Positions 1-30,044 of a stretch of DNA of 64,000 nt are shown one piece after another. The DNA is from Octopus vulgaris. Lineage: Eukaryota. Each line of letters starts with the position of its first letter. Position 1 is the first letter of the stretch. The notes beneath the pieces are model-generated. The model had not been told where the DNA came from. It searched no databases and worked only from the letters and a program-made list of their open reading frames with translations. Location: positions 7,812,001 through 7,876,000 of the forward strand of contig OX597833.1 of the NCBI GenBank assembly GCA_951406725.2, given 5' to 3'. The position numbers were made by a program, and so were the translations under genes.

Positions 1-1705
1 ATAAACGTGTATGTTTATGCAGATGTGTATTGATAAATGCATGCTTAGAAAGAGAGAGAGATAAACACACCTGTGTGTGTGTGCTGGATAAGTCAACATG
101 TAACGAGAGATCCAAATTAAATGAAGTGCAAAACGCTTACTTATGGCTATAGCACAACCATTCCTTTTAAGATCTCTCACTGGGTTCATGTAAGGAACCG
201 GCCCGCATGAGGTCAATACAAAAATCCCATTCATCAGACCAGTTTGAAGAACTAATCTATTTCCCATGGGTAGGGGTGTATTTAGAAGATTTTCGTGTCC
301 TTGGTTTCTGTTTTTCTTCTCAACCCTTCTTCTTTCTTTCTCGTTTTAAATTCTCTTTTTAATGACCTTCATCATCCATGAATATTTGTTTAAGGTCTTG
401 CAGATAGGAAGCAATACTGACCGCATCGAAACACTGTGTGGGCAGTGTAATGTCTCGATCTGTGTGGCACAGTGTGTTTTCAAATATACTACACTGGAAA
501 AAAAAACTGTATATACACTGTAAAATTCCTTGTAGTTAGTGCACTGCCTTGTACACAGCTGGGTCCACAGCACAGCCTAACACTGGGTCCACACAGCACA
601 GCATTGGTCAGTACGAAATCTGTGTGCAAGGGATGAAGGCCTTCAGCTGGAAAACCTTCACTCCAGCCCTCTTACAGCCGTTTCTCTGGTCGAGTGGACA
701 TTAGGGTCAGCAACTAAAGCTGCTCCATGGCTTATCTTCCTTTTCTTTTTTTACCCTTTTTCACTTTTCTTTCAGTCATTGCACCAAGGCCATACTCGGG
801 TCCTACCTTGAAGGGTTTTTGTTAAACAAACCAACCCCAGTGCCTTTGTGTTTTTAAGCCTGGGACTTATTCTATCAGTCACATTTGACAGACTACTAAG
901 TCACAGGGACATAGGCAAAGCAATAGCATTTCTCAAGCAGTGATAGCACACACACACAAATATACAAATACATGGCAAGCTTCTTTCAATTTCTATCTAC
1001 TAAACCAGCTTTGATCAGCCTGGGGCTATAACCAGACACTTTCCCAAGGTAAATATTTTGTTTTTTGATGCCATTAGAATACACAGTATTAAAAAAATGT
1101 GATCCTCGTGAAGCAATTAGAGTTACAGTCGTTGGGCCACACATTTCTTCTCTAAAATTTAACAAGCTTGGAAGCAGTTGCTCTGGTATTTTCTCAGATT
1201 TCCTGAACAATTAATCTATTGTTATGAAGGCCCAACCAAGGTAAGATTTTTCTATGGAGACATTTAGGGCCAGCTTCTTACATGAAACTAGAAACAGATG
1301 CATATGAATATCTGTGCTATAAACATTGGAAAGTGCATGTGTGTTTTTGTGTGTACACGTGTCTGTGTGTGTGAGCATGTGTGTACATTTATATATATAG
1401 AGAGAGAGACACGTGGATGTGTGTGTGTCTGTCAATAGACACACACACATTTAAGGTTTCTAAAACAAACCAATCAGACTTCAATAATGAATTGCGATTA
1501 TTGAAAATAAAACAAGAACATTTTTACAAAAAACAGACAACAATTAAAGAAAAAAAAACATGAGCAATTGGCTGCCATTATATTACTGGTATGGCTGAAA
1601 TAATGAATTTGGTGAGGATTTTCACAAGAATCCCTCAAATGATTTTCAAAGGTTAAAATTTTGCGAGCAAACTGTCATAAAAGGAACTGTGAAGGTCATG
1701 TTTAC

Positions 1706-2248
1706 GAAATTTTTTTCCCCACAAGAGTTCTGGACCCTAACTCATTTGCATACTGCCAATCAGAGCTCCCTTTCACCTTGGTGTCAAGTTAACAAACACA
1801 TTCTACTAAGTAAACCCAAGACAAAGGACAGTGTTGTAAGTCGACTGATCGCCAAGTTCTGTCTGGTTTTAGAAGGGGACAAGTAATTAGAGAGATAGGC
1901 ATCTCTACCTGTTTTCGGATTTTTGTTAGGGTCCCATATGGAAAAGATGAGGATGGGAAAAATGTGGGTAGAGGGTGATGCGCAGGGAACCCTCTCCCCT
2001 TACTGATTTACAAATTAAACAACAACACAAATAACTACGCAGAGGCAGCCATGGTTGGATCAAGAACAAGAACAACAAGCATTCTTAAAAGAGGAAAGAA
2101 GCATGGTCCTTCCTTAACGAAGAGACCTTATCTTATCACCCATCACTTGTTTTGCACTCATAAATTAGTTTGATAGTTGAGCTCTGATTGGCTGTATGCA
2201 AATGAGGTCATGACTGGGGTCCAGAACTCTTGTAGGAAAAAAAATTTC
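1706..2248. mobile_element. MITE-like element with about 65-bp terminal inverted repeats
   Basis: 1706-1768 gaaatttttttccccacaagagttctggaccc..ctcatttgcatactgccaatcagagctc is the reverse complement of 2179-2248. Confidence 0.6.
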
Positions 2249-2865
2249 ACTTTCTGTTTCAGTGCTTCTAGTCTGACAGACATATATAGCCCTAGGCCTA
2301 GCATGGTCACGTCAAACACTGATGGTAACAGTCAGCATCACTAAACAATAACCTGACAGATGGGTCACAAGAAGAATTATTCATGACGATGATGATGGTG
2401 GTGGTGGTGTTGACAGTGATGTGTGTGATGATGATGATGATGCAGATTACTGATGTGTGTGGTGATGATGATGATGATGACGTTTTTAAATATAGATCTG
2501 ATAATGAAACAGCTCCACAAGTGGAAATGTGAACCATGGTATCCGTGGCAACAGTACCAGCTTTAGAAAAGCAACCATACAACTTACAGAGTGGTGGCAC
2601 ATTGTGCCACAGCTGATATGGCAATGTATCAGAGTCACTTGAGCAACTGTATTGTGCCTCGGTTCAATGACAGCACTGCCAAACACAGCCACCTCAGTAA
2701 AGACAATGCATTACAGCCACAACATCCAGTTTGGCCTCGGTACTGCCCCACAGCACTACAACAGGTTGCAACATACCACAAAACACAGCCAGAGCTGGGA
2801 ATTACTGCCAAAAACTATTCTTATATTTGTACACCACAACATCAGTTACAAGGAACTCCAGAGAG

Positions 2866-3115
2866 AGAGTACAGACCCAGTCACAAGGGCCCCTAGAATT
2901 ACTAAGCATTCCAGAGTAAGTCAGTTACCTGGGACTTTAGAGTACAATAGTTACAAAACTCAAGAGTACAGCCCCAGTTACCAGGGCCTCTAGAGTACAA
3001 CACCACTTATCAGAGCTTCTTGAGTACAACAGTCACCAGAAGCTCCAAAAAAAGTACAATACTAGTTGCCAGGATGTCTGGAGTACCACACTAGTTACAA
3101 GAGTACAATACCAAG
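2866..3115. repeat. Degenerate about 30-bp minisatellite (GAGTACA..CAGTTACCA units)
   Basis: About 8-9 recurrences of agagtaca(a)..(c)agttac(c)a. Confidence 0.6.
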
Positions 3116-3154
3116 TTGCTGTCTTTTTTTAACTTTCAGAATATAATCTCCAAG

Positions 3155-3193
3155 TTTATTCTTAGGTTCTTTTACTATTGTTTTTTTTTTATT
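3155..3193 (-). terminator. Candidate polyadenylation signals (two AATAAA) of the N4BP1-like gene
   Basis: TTTATT on + at 3155-3160 and 3188-3193, about 180-220 nt past the stop, followed by GU-rich sequence on the minus strand. Confidence 0.4.
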
Positions 3194-3373
3194 GTTGTTG
3201 TTCCAATAACAACAGTTTTTAGTTTTGTAATGTGATGTGAGGAAACTCACGTAGAGTACCGATTAGACTGTAAAGAGATCCTGAGGTGTGGTGAAGGGCC
3301 AAAAGCTACAGAGCTGCAATGGCAAGTCGTTTCATTAACTGGCTGAACAAACCTCATCCAGCAGAGACACTCC

Positions 3374-20286
<16,913 letters not shown>

Positions 20287-20289
20287 TTT

Positions 20290-20700
20290 CACTTACAACA
20301 ATGGAATTGTGTGCTTTTAGAGAAATATAAACAATAATCGTAAAATATACTGGCTGTAGATTTACATTAGCGTAAAAATTTCATTGAAAATTTACAACAA
20401 TATGAAATGGAATAATTTTCAGAGAAAAATGAGGATATGTTTTTTGAAATTTATTAAAAAAATTACTTGAGTTAACAACTGGCAGTTACGGATATTTCTA
20501 TTTTCGTCGCTGCCGACTTCCTGCTTTATATTTAGATAGCCAAGAGAAGATAACTCTTGTATGCCATTGCTACTGCTCATGGTGATAGTGATGATGTTGA
20601 TTGTGGGAAGGAAAACAACAACGTCTGACTTCCTTTTTTTGTGTGAGCATGTTGCTTTACTTCCTGTACCTTACCATACGGTTCTGTCAGGTTGATACAC
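20290..20700 (-). promoter_or_regulatory. Putative promoter/5' region of the N4BP1-like gene with clustered ETS-type GGAAG motifs
   Basis: Repeat-free stretch directly upstream of the ATG; ACTTCC occurs three times on + (about 20517, 20628, 20659). Confidence 0.35.
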
Positions 20701-21994
20701 CTCTGTCATCTAATTTATTATTTCTGAATGTGTACCTGGTCCCAGATCAGATACGAACCGAGAACCTTTATCTCTAAAACACTTGATGACGTTCGATGGT
20801 TGAAGTCATCGAAATATTATGTAAATAATGTTGATATTAAGATAATAGTCCCCGTGGACTGTTAACCTCATTTTCACAATGTCTACTCCTAATAAATCAA
20901 TTCAGACAAATCGTTAAACTGACATCTGTTGCTTACAATACAAATCTCTTCTGTAAACACTTATGGCGGTTATAGACTATAGCGTACCGGCTTTATTTTG
21001 GCAAATCCTAGTTTTCTTTCGGTTTTGAAAATTAGCAAAAGCAACTAATAATTTCTTTATTAACCACTTAGGTTCGATAAAACTTCTCGAGACGGTATAG
21101 TGTGTTATTGCAGAAAAGCCTGTGAAAGTAAAGCAACGAAAGAAAAAAATCCATATAAGGAATAATTCCTCAAAAGGTAGAAGAATTCTGGAAACAACTT
21201 CGAGATCACAGTGACCCTAATCCCTAAAGCAATTATAATTTTAAAGAAATGACAAACATTTTATGTAAATAAAAGAAAATATTGCTCACATGTAAGAAAA
21301 GGTGGTCGTTCGGCCAACACAAGGAGACTAAATGAGTGTTGACTTTCCAAATGCAAATAACTTTTATATAAGGGAAGGGCAAGTTTATGATGTATATATA
21401 CATAAACAATGATTCAATAACCTAGCAAAATTAAAACTAAGAGCTAAAAGTCGGGGAAAATACCAGTAAAAGCGAAATTACTGGCCGAAAATACTCGAGG
21501 GGGAAAACGTAATTTTGCGAAAGCGAATTACTTTAGTTCTTCAACGTGGTTTCCTGACGCAATACACTTAAAAAGTCATCTAAACCCATCCTTTAACTTT
21601 TGACAATCCTGTCACAATATATTTTAATGCGTCACATGTAAACGGATATTACAATACAATGACCTAATATATATATGTCGAAGCACTTAAAAGGTAAGGC
21701 ACCGGGTTAGGGCAGAATCAGTTTGCATACACAGTAATTATAGACGAATAGCAATCGGTACAGAAGTACTGACAGAAGGATGTTCAGGTTTTGTATACAA
21801 TTAATTGAACCCAGCTGAGTATATCTTCAGCTCTTGGGCTGATTCAGAAACGTACATTTTACTACATATATTGTCCATAATATACTTCAGAACACGCAAG
21901 GGACGGATTCCGAGAAAGGTGAATCATAAATAGATAACGATCCTTCGTTTGTTTTGTGTGTGACATATATATATATGTCTGAAAGACATATATA

Positions 21995-22014
21995 ACTGAA
22001 AGAAGCCTGTCGTA

Positions 22015-22076
<62 letters not shown>

Positions 22077-22129
22077 ACAATTAAGGATAAATTCTTAATA
22101 AGGGATCTTAACAAGAAATTATCAGGTAG

Positions 22130-22175
<46 letters not shown>

Positions 22176-22410
22176 GTATGTGTGTGTGTATGTGTGTGTG
22201 TTTGTGTTTGTCCCCCTAGCATTGCTTGACAACCGATGCTGGTGTGTTTACGTCCCCGTCACTTAGCTGTTCGGCAAAAGAGACGGATAGAATAAGTACT
22301 GGGCTTACAAAGAATAAGTTCCGGGGTCGATTTGCTAGACTAAAGGCGGTGCTCCAGCATGGCCGCAGTCAAATGAGTGAAACAAGTAAAAGAAAAGAAA
22401 GATAAAAGAA
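21995..22410 (+). mobile_element. SINE family A, 5'-truncated, with expanded internal (TA)n
   Basis: actgaaagaagcctgtcg..gtccccctagcattgcttgacaaccg..gaaacaagtaaaaga. Confidence 0.8.
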
Positions 22411-22659
22411 GATATATATGTATATAGTTATAATATATAATATATATTATATATATAGTTATAATGTATATGTATTTTTATATCTTGTTATATTTATTTA
22501 GTTATATCTCATTATAATGATTGTAATTATTGTACTGTATTAATGTCTAATCTTAATGCTCTTGTGTAGTGTTTTAATAAAGTATATGATTCGGTATTAT
22601 CTGATAGTTGATGAATGATTTAGATATATTTCTCCATTTTCTTATTTTGTATATATATA

Positions 22660-23124
22660 TATATATAATCCTCAGTGTGTGTGTGTGTGTGTGTTTCCTC
22701 TATGCACGGCCAAACCGCGGGGTCAATCTGTACCAAATTTGGCATGAAGGTTTTTCATTACTCGGGGAAGGTTCTAGGTAGGGACGGGGTCAAATTTTGG
22801 CCCTTGCCCATACAGGAGGCTGTAGCTCCCCCCACACACATACACTATACGACCCTTCCGATTTCGTTTTCTTTTTGTTTTTTTCCAGTGGTATAATAAC
22901 TTCACTTTTCCTAATGCTATAGTTTCACTTTTGAAGTGTATTTTATTTGAAGTCAGCATAAAGTGAAAGACATAGGAATGGACACGAACCAGTGGATGTG
23001 TTGATGAGGGATTCGAGACAGAAAGTGTGTGTCGTGTATGTGTGAGAGAGAGAAAGAGAGTGACAGCGTACATTTTTTAAATTTATTTTTTTCTCGCATC
23101 TTTTTCCATTGAATGTATGTGATT

Positions 23125-23160
<36 letters not shown>

Positions 23161-23760
23161 GTGTGTACGTGTGACAGAGAGGGAGAGAGAGAGAGAGAGA
23201 AGGTGTGTGTACGTGTGACAGAGAGGGAGAGAGAGAGAGAGAGAAGGTGTGTGTACGTGTGACACAGAGAGAGAGAGAGGGGTGATAGCTTAAATTTTAC
23301 TTATTTACTTTATTTTGGTTATTTTTCGGTGAATGTGTGATTGACTGAGAGAGAGAGAGAGAGGGAGAGATGTCAAAGAGAGAGGTGTCTTAATCTGTGG
23401 GGGTGGGTATGTGAGAGAGGAGGGAGAGAGTGATTACGTAAATTTTTATTTATTTATTTAGTTTTTCCGTATCTTTTTCAGTGAATGTGAGATTGACTGG
23501 GAGAGAGAGAGAGAGAGAAAGAAGTGTTGTCAGAGAGAGAGAAGGTATCTTACTGCGTGAGAGAGAGAGAGAAAGAGGGGGAGAGAGAGTGATAACGCAT
23601 TTTTTTATTTATTTAGTTTTTCTCGCATCTTTTTTGTTCTTTTAGTGAGTGGCACGGTGAAACCGCTGGATCAATCTATGCTAAATTTAGCATGAAGGTT
23701 TTTCATTACTCGGGGAAGGGTCTAATTGGGTGGAGAGGGTCACTAAATTTTTTACTTTTT
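22660..23760 (+). mobile_element. Non-autonomous Helitron/HINE-like element with internal tandem duplications
   Basis: tatataatcc..(GT)n..gcacggccaaaccgc..ccaaatttggcatgaaggtttttcattactcggggaagg repeated at about 23652-23720; (GA)n-aaggtgtgtgtacgtgtgaca x3. Confidence 0.45.
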
Positions 23761-23775
23761 TTTAGAAACCGATAT

Positions 23776-24110
23776 TGCGTGGCATCTTGGGCAAGTGTCT
23801 TCTGCTATAGCCTCGGGCCGACCAATGCCTTGTGAGTGGATTTGGTAGACGGAAACTGAAAGAAGCCTGTCGTATATATGTATATATATATATATATGTG
23901 TGTGTGTGTTTGTCCCCCTAGCATTGCTTGACAACCGATGCTGGTGTGCTTACGTCCCCGTTACTTAGCGGTTCGGCAAAAGAGACCGATATAATAAGTA
24001 CTAGGCTTACAGAGAATAAGTCCCGGGGTCGATTTGCTCGACTAAAGGCGGTGCTCCAGCATGGCCGCAGTCAAATGACTGAAACAAGTAAAAGAGAGAG
24101 AGTAAAGAGA
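23776..24110 (+). mobile_element. SINE family A (head truncated)
   Basis: Direct homology to 29149-29557. Confidence 0.85.
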
Positions 24111-24203
24111 ATGTTTTACATACCTGTCGGTTTTATTTTTATGCTTTAAAGGTAAACGATTCTGATTGAAGCAGACGCGATATTGAATAATTCTCCGCCA
24201 AAA

Positions 24204-24384
24204 GGGCGGCGAGCTGGCAGAATCGTTAGCACGCCGGACGAAATGCCTAGCGGTATTCCGTCTGCCGCTACGTTCTGAGTTCAAATTCCGCCGAGGTCGA
24301 CTTTGCCTTTCATCCTTTCGGGGTCGATTAAAAAGTACCAGTTACGCACTGGGGTCGATATAATCGACTTAATCCGTTTGTCTG
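24204..24384 (+). mobile_element. SINE family B
   Basis: ggcggcgagctggcagaatcgttagc..gagttcaaattcc..gcctttcatcctttcggggtcgat. Confidence 0.85.
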
Positions 24385-24834
24385 CGATGCACCCTCTCAT
24401 TCCCCACCACCAATATTGGAAATCTCTTCTCCTGTGCTGGAAATCCTTCTCTTATACCGGAAATCCCTACAGAGCCCTGCCTCACTTCTGTACCAGAAGA
24501 CTTCTATACCTCCGCCCCTCCAAGCAACTTACCCCTTTCTCTCTCTATATATATATATAATTAACTAACCAATAGCAGCTCATTAACTTAATTTAAACAT
24601 TGACCAATTTTATACTTGCAGTAGTAACGCTTATATTTATAATGCTCATAACACATATTCACCCCCAATAGGGGCAACAATTTAAACATGTTTGAATGAT
24701 AATAGGTTAAAGCGAGAACAACTGATGTGACATGCCTGTTATCAAACGGTCACGAAAATTTTCTTTTTAGGTGCTGAATACTATCACCCCTTCCTATGTT
24801 TCTTCCCACATCCTCTTCCCAGTTTCCAGGGTTT

Positions 24835-25262
24835 GCACTGTCAATGTAAGCACATTGAAAGTTCGTCTAGCGAGATTGTTGTGATGCTTGATCGGAGACG
24901 TGCTGATGTATGTTGCATCCAAGAGGTAAGGTGGAGGGGAGCGTCAGCCAGGTTCCTCGCAGGCAAGACGCACAGTTATAAAATCTTCTGGGAAGGTAAC
25001 AGTGACGGGGTAAATGATGTGGACATACTTCTTGCAGAGAAATGGATGAATAAGGTCAAAAAGGTAGTCAGAGTGTGCGATAGAGTGCTTAAGCTGAGGC
25101 TAGTCTTGCAGAATATTATAGACAATTATCTCTGCCTATGCCCCACAAGCGAGTCTACCAAATTAAAAGAAGGACCACCGTTATGATATTCTTTTGTAGG
25201 TTACTTCAAAGACGAGTGACAATGATCTCATCTTCGAGGTTGGGGATTTCAATGGATTTCAA
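24835..25262 (+). pseudogene. RTE LINE apurinic endonuclease fragment
   Basis: RRRADVCCIQEVRWRG..YKIFWEG..GV.ILLAEKW..VCDRVLKLRL..ISAYAPQ..GDFNG. Confidence 0.85.
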
Positions 25263-25395
25263 TATATATATTTGAGTTTAGCTGCCCGTTTTAGTGAGTT
25301 GAATGGCCTATTAAGGCCATTCCTTAATATTATTGTTGAATGTATATATATATATACATGATCTCATCTTCGAGGTTGGGGATTTCAATGGATTT

Positions 25396-25439
<44 letters not shown>

Positions 25440-25475
25440 AAATCCATTGAAATCCCCAACCTCGAAGATGAGATC

Positions 25476-25515
<40 letters not shown>

Positions 25516-25718
25516 AAATCCATTGAAATCCCCAACCTCGAAGATGAGATCATGTATATATATATATACATTCAACAATAATATTAGAATGGCCTTAATA
25601 GGCCATTCAACTCACTAAAAGGGCAGCTAAACTCAAACCGGTTTGAGTTTAGCTGCTCGTTTTAGTGAGTTGAATGGCCTATTAAGGCCATTCCTTAATA
25701 TTATTGTTGAATGTATAT
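25223..25718. repeat. Compound direct/inverted duplication (nested palindrome)
   Basis: Unit X (atgatctcatcttcgaggttggggatttcaatggatttcaa) forward x2 and reverse x2; unit Y (ttgagtttagctg..gttgaatg) forward, reverse, forward. Confidence 0.85.
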
Positions 25719-26264
25719 TATATAGTCTCTAGACTATTTTTTCTTTCTCACTAGACCGCTGGTGGCGAAAAAAATTTCTATTGAATTTTTTGCTACCCTT
25801 ATATTGATTAATACCTATTCTTTCGGTCTCTTTTGCCGAAAAAACATGGGAATCCGGGACTTACATTCGCTTTTGTGAGTAAAAAAGTGAAAGTAATTTT
25901 CTGTCATTAATAAGTTGTCTTTTTCCACATTTAATTCGCTTTCTTCCCCGAAATTTACTTTCACTTTTTTTACAACACAGAAGTGCAGATTAACCTTGGA
26001 TAAGCAAGTAAGAACGATCCCTACACACACAAAAGTACATACGTACATACGTACACACATACATACATATACACAATACACGCACACATACATGCATGCA
26101 TACAAATATACATACACATAAACACATATATACATACACATCGACACACAAAAATACATAAGCATACGCGATTCATAAAAACAAAATGATGTATGTATGT
26201 ATGTATGTATGGCTGTATGTATGTATGTGAGAGAGAGAGAGAAAATGTGCATGTGTGTGTGCGC

Positions 26265-26296
<32 letters not shown>

Positions 26297-26639
26297 TCGA
26301 TTGTTCAGTTTGCTTGTGGACATGAAAGATTACGGAAGCATCATCAGCACGTGAAAAAAAAACATTGAAGAAATAAGTCCCCCCCCCCCCACTGCACGAA
26401 ATTGTCAAACGCAAAAAGTAAAACGACAGGTTTTATTTTCTTTTGACACTTGAGAGACTTATAGGGAAAGAATGCCGAGTTAAAAATGGTGTGTATTTGC
26501 TTAATTCGTCATTATGGTATTTGAATGATGATCCCTCACTTAGCAGCGAGGATATTTTAAGCTTTTCTGAACTTTTCAAATTGTAAAGGTAACTTATGGA
26601 CGGACACACACACACACACACACAAATCTCTTTTTTTTT

Positions 26640-26845
26640 ACTCTTTTACTCTTTTACTTGTTTCAGTCATTTGACTGCGGCCATGCTGGAGCACCGCCTT
26701 TAATCGAGCAACTCGACCCCGGGACTTATTCTTTTGTAAGCCCAGTACTTATTCTATCGGCCTCTTATGCCGAACCGCTAAGTAACGGGGGCATAAACAC
26801 ACCACCATCGGTTGTTAAGCAATGCTAGGGGGACAAATACACACA

Positions 26846-26918
<73 letters not shown>

Positions 26919-27080
26919 TTACGACGGGCTTCTTTCAGTTTCCGTCTACCAAATCCACTCACAAGGCTTTGGTCGGCCCAAGGCTATAGTAGAAGACACT
27001 TGCCCAAGGCGCCACGCAGTGGGACTGAACCCGGAACCATGTGGTTGGTAAACACGCTACTTACCACACAGCCACTCCTG
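26640..27080 (-). mobile_element. SINE family A
   Basis: Near-complete minus copy. Confidence 0.85.
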
Positions 27081-27113
27081 TATATATATTTTATATATAT
27101 AAATATATATTTT

Positions 27114-28161
27114 TTGGGTTATCCCATAAATAATGCGTTTTTTTTATACTTCTTTTATTTTTCAAAATTAAGAAACATAAAGTTCTTTTTTGATCTAAAA
27201 TATACTCTCTATTTTCTACAATGAACTTCGACTCTCTCTGGTAGACTTGCAAGACCTCTCTTCCAAAATTCACTTTGTCTGTGATGAAAAATACTCCTCC
27301 AGTACTGTTCTGACCTCATTTACAGAATTCATATTTTTTCCATCCAAATGATTTTGAAGACTGTAGAATAAATGATAATCAGATGGGGCAATGTCCGGCA
27401 AATATGGTGGGTGGGGCATCAAACTGCTCCAGCCTTTGGAATGTCATCCTCGCTGTATGTGGCCGAGCATTATCCTGATGGAAGAATACCTTTCGTCTTG
27501 AAACCAAAGATAGTCGTTTTACTTCCAGCGCTGACTTAAGCCGTTCAAGCTGTTTGCAGTAGATCTCCTTTGTTATCGTTTGGTTTAGGTTTAAAAGTTC
27601 AAAATGGACAAAACCTTTCGTATCCCACCAAACAGATAACAACACCTTATGTGGGTGAAAATCTTCTTTAGCCTGGTGAGCTGGTGTTTCTTCTTTCCCT
27701 CCCTACCAAATATCTTTGGCACTTCACGTTTTTATAGAGAACCCATTCTTCGTCACCAGTCACTATTTGGTCCTAAAAAGGTTCATTTGTGAGATGCGAC
27801 AGCAAAGAAGAGCACACATTCACTCTCCGCACGTGAGTAGACTCAGAAAGTTTGTGAGGAACCCATTGACGCAATTTTCTGACTTTTCCCATGGCACGTA
27901 GGTGTCAATGAATGGTTGAATGACTAAATCCAAGATTCTGTTAATTCCTCAACAGTTACGATGGGATTTTGTTCCACCAGGGTTTGCAGGATGTCCTCGT
28001 TGAGCTCTCCATATCTTCCAGGATGAGGCTCATCATCTAGACTGTAGTTTCCGGCTCGGAATTTCTGGAATCACCACTGACACTCATTACACTTATCCCG
28101 TCCCTCTCCGACTTTAAGTGCATGCAATTGAAAAAACCACATTATTTATGGGATGACCCTA
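27114..28161 (-). mobile_element. Degenerate mariner element with both TIRs
   Basis: TIRs ttgggttatcccataaataatgcg / cacattatttatgggatgacccta; LLSVWWDTKGFVHFELL..YCKQLERLK..FFHQDNARPHTA. Confidence 0.88.
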
Positions 28162-28209
28162 TATATACATACATGCATACACACACACACATATATATAT
28201 ATGTATATA

Positions 28210-28478
28210 TTATTGTTTTTTGTATTTATATTCGTGTGGCATCGTCCGTTTTTCTGTCCTTGTTTCGTATACATTCGATCCTTTTTCCAAGAAATCTAAT
28301 GCTCGTAGCTTAGTTTTTCCTTGGAGCTGGCCGGATCGGAGCGATCTCAAGATTAATCAGCCGAAATTGCGAGGATGATCCGGTTCTTGACTGAAGATTG
28401 AAGGCTTCGAATGTCCCGTCCGTGTTTTTTGTATCGTCTTCTAAATGTTTTGCGTTCTTGTCCCAGTTTGTATTTTTT
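28210..28478 (+). mobile_element. Possible Penelope-like pseudo-LTR remnant
   Basis: (TA)n-flanked T-rich segment containing ctgaaga-tt-gaag-g-cttc-gaa. Confidence 0.3.
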
Positions 28479-28489
28479 TACATATATAT

Positions 28490-28720
28490 ATTTCTTTATT
28501 ACCCACAAAGGGCTAAACACAGAGAGGACAAACAAGGACAGACAAAGGGATTAAGTAGATTACAACGACCCCAGTGCGTAACTGGTACTTAATTTATCGA
28601 CCCCGAAAGGATGAAAGGCAAAGTCGACCTCGGCGGAATTTGAACTCAGAACGTAACGGCGGACGAAATACGGCTACGCATTTCGCCCGGCGTGCTACCG
28701 TTTCTGCCACCTCGCCGCCT
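28490..28720 (-). mobile_element. SINE family B
   Basis: Homology to 13984-14213. Confidence 0.85.
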
Positions 28721-28745
28721 TTTACACATATATATATGTTTTTTT

Positions 28746-28820
<75 letters not shown>

Positions 28821-29148
28821 TTATGTATCTATGTATATATATATGCATCTATGTATGTATGATGTATGTATATATGTATGTATGTGTGTGTATGACAGGC
28901 TTCTTTCAGTTTCCGTCTTCCAAATCTACTGACAAGGCTTTGATTGGCCCAGGTTTATTGTAGAAGGCACTTGCCGAAGGTGCCACGCAGAGGGACTGAA
29001 CCCGGAACCATGTGGTTAAGAATCAAAATTACTCTGACACGAAGACCTTCTCAGTAACAACTTACTCGATGATTACATTCAGCAATATTTTGGTGCCTAC
29101 TAATCTCGATAACAATAACCGGTTGAGAGTAATAACCGAAATTACAAT

Positions 29149-29557
29149 AGGCGCAGGAGTGGCTGTGTGGTAAGTAGGTTGCTAACCAACCACATGGTTC
29201 CGGGTTCAGTCCCACTGTGTGGCATCTTGGGCAAGTGTCTTCTGCTATAGCCTCGGGCCGACCAAAGCCTTGTGAGTGGATTTGGTTGACGGAAACTGAA
29301 AGAAGCCTGTCGTATATATGTATATATATAAAGTGTGTGTGTGTTTGTGTGTCTGTGTTTGTCCCCCTAGCATTGCTTGACAACTGATGCTGGTGTGTTT
29401 ACGTCCCCGTCACATAGCGGTTCGGCAAAAGAGACCGATAGAATAAGTACTGGGCTTACAATGAATAAGTCCTGGAGTCGATTTACTCGACTAAAAGGCG
29501 GTGCTCCAGCATGGCCGCAGTCAAATGACTGAAACAAGTAAAAGAGTAAAGAGAGTA
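29149..29557 (+). mobile_element. SINE family A, full length
   Basis: A/B boxes, CORE-like segment, internal (TA)(TG) linker, (AAAGAGT)n tail. Confidence 0.88.
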
Positions 29558-29934
29558 AGCGATCACCACTGTGTAAAGATATTGACATTTATATCCCAAA
29601 CGTGTAATCACAGTTTTCGATTCGATAATGATAATTATATTTTTACTTTCCTTCTCTTCCATTTCGTTGACAAATTCTCGCAGATAAATCATGAAATTGA
29701 ATAATGTATATAAATAGATAAACGGCAAAACATAAAAACTCAATTTTTGACTGATAAATTGATAGTGTAGTTCTTGGTAAATCGTGTTTTTGGTTTCTGA
29801 TTGGGGTTACACAGAATCACAACCAGAAACTAAAACTTGTTCACGTTACTAAACTGCTATGAAACACCCTGCCATGGCGGCCACCAAGGAAATCTGTCAC
29901 TCTTGAAGGAAGTGGGTGAAGGATAAAGAAGAAT

Positions 29935-29938
29935 GTGA

Positions 29939-29982
<44 letters not shown>

Positions 29983-30006
29983 ATGTGTGTGTGTGTGTAT
30001 GTGTGT

Positions 30007-30044
<38 letters not shown>

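Noticed and set aside
2307-2993. Overlapping short ORFs downstream of the gene
   Set aside because: No recognisable domain; low-complexity and minisatellite-derived
2866-3115. CRISPR-like repeat/spacer appearance
   Set aside because: Eukaryotic context, short degenerate repeats, spacers related to each other, no cas genes
20950-21960. Possible Penelope RT/GIY-YIG remnant upstream of the gene
   Set aside because: A-rich with weak motif hints only; cannot be supported without a profile search
29149-29215. tRNA gene
   Set aside because: A/B boxes belong to a SINE head; no complete cloverleaf
29872-29915. GCCATGGCGG strong Kozak/YY1-like site as a gene start
   Set aside because: Frame closes after 10 codons and no downstream exons were found
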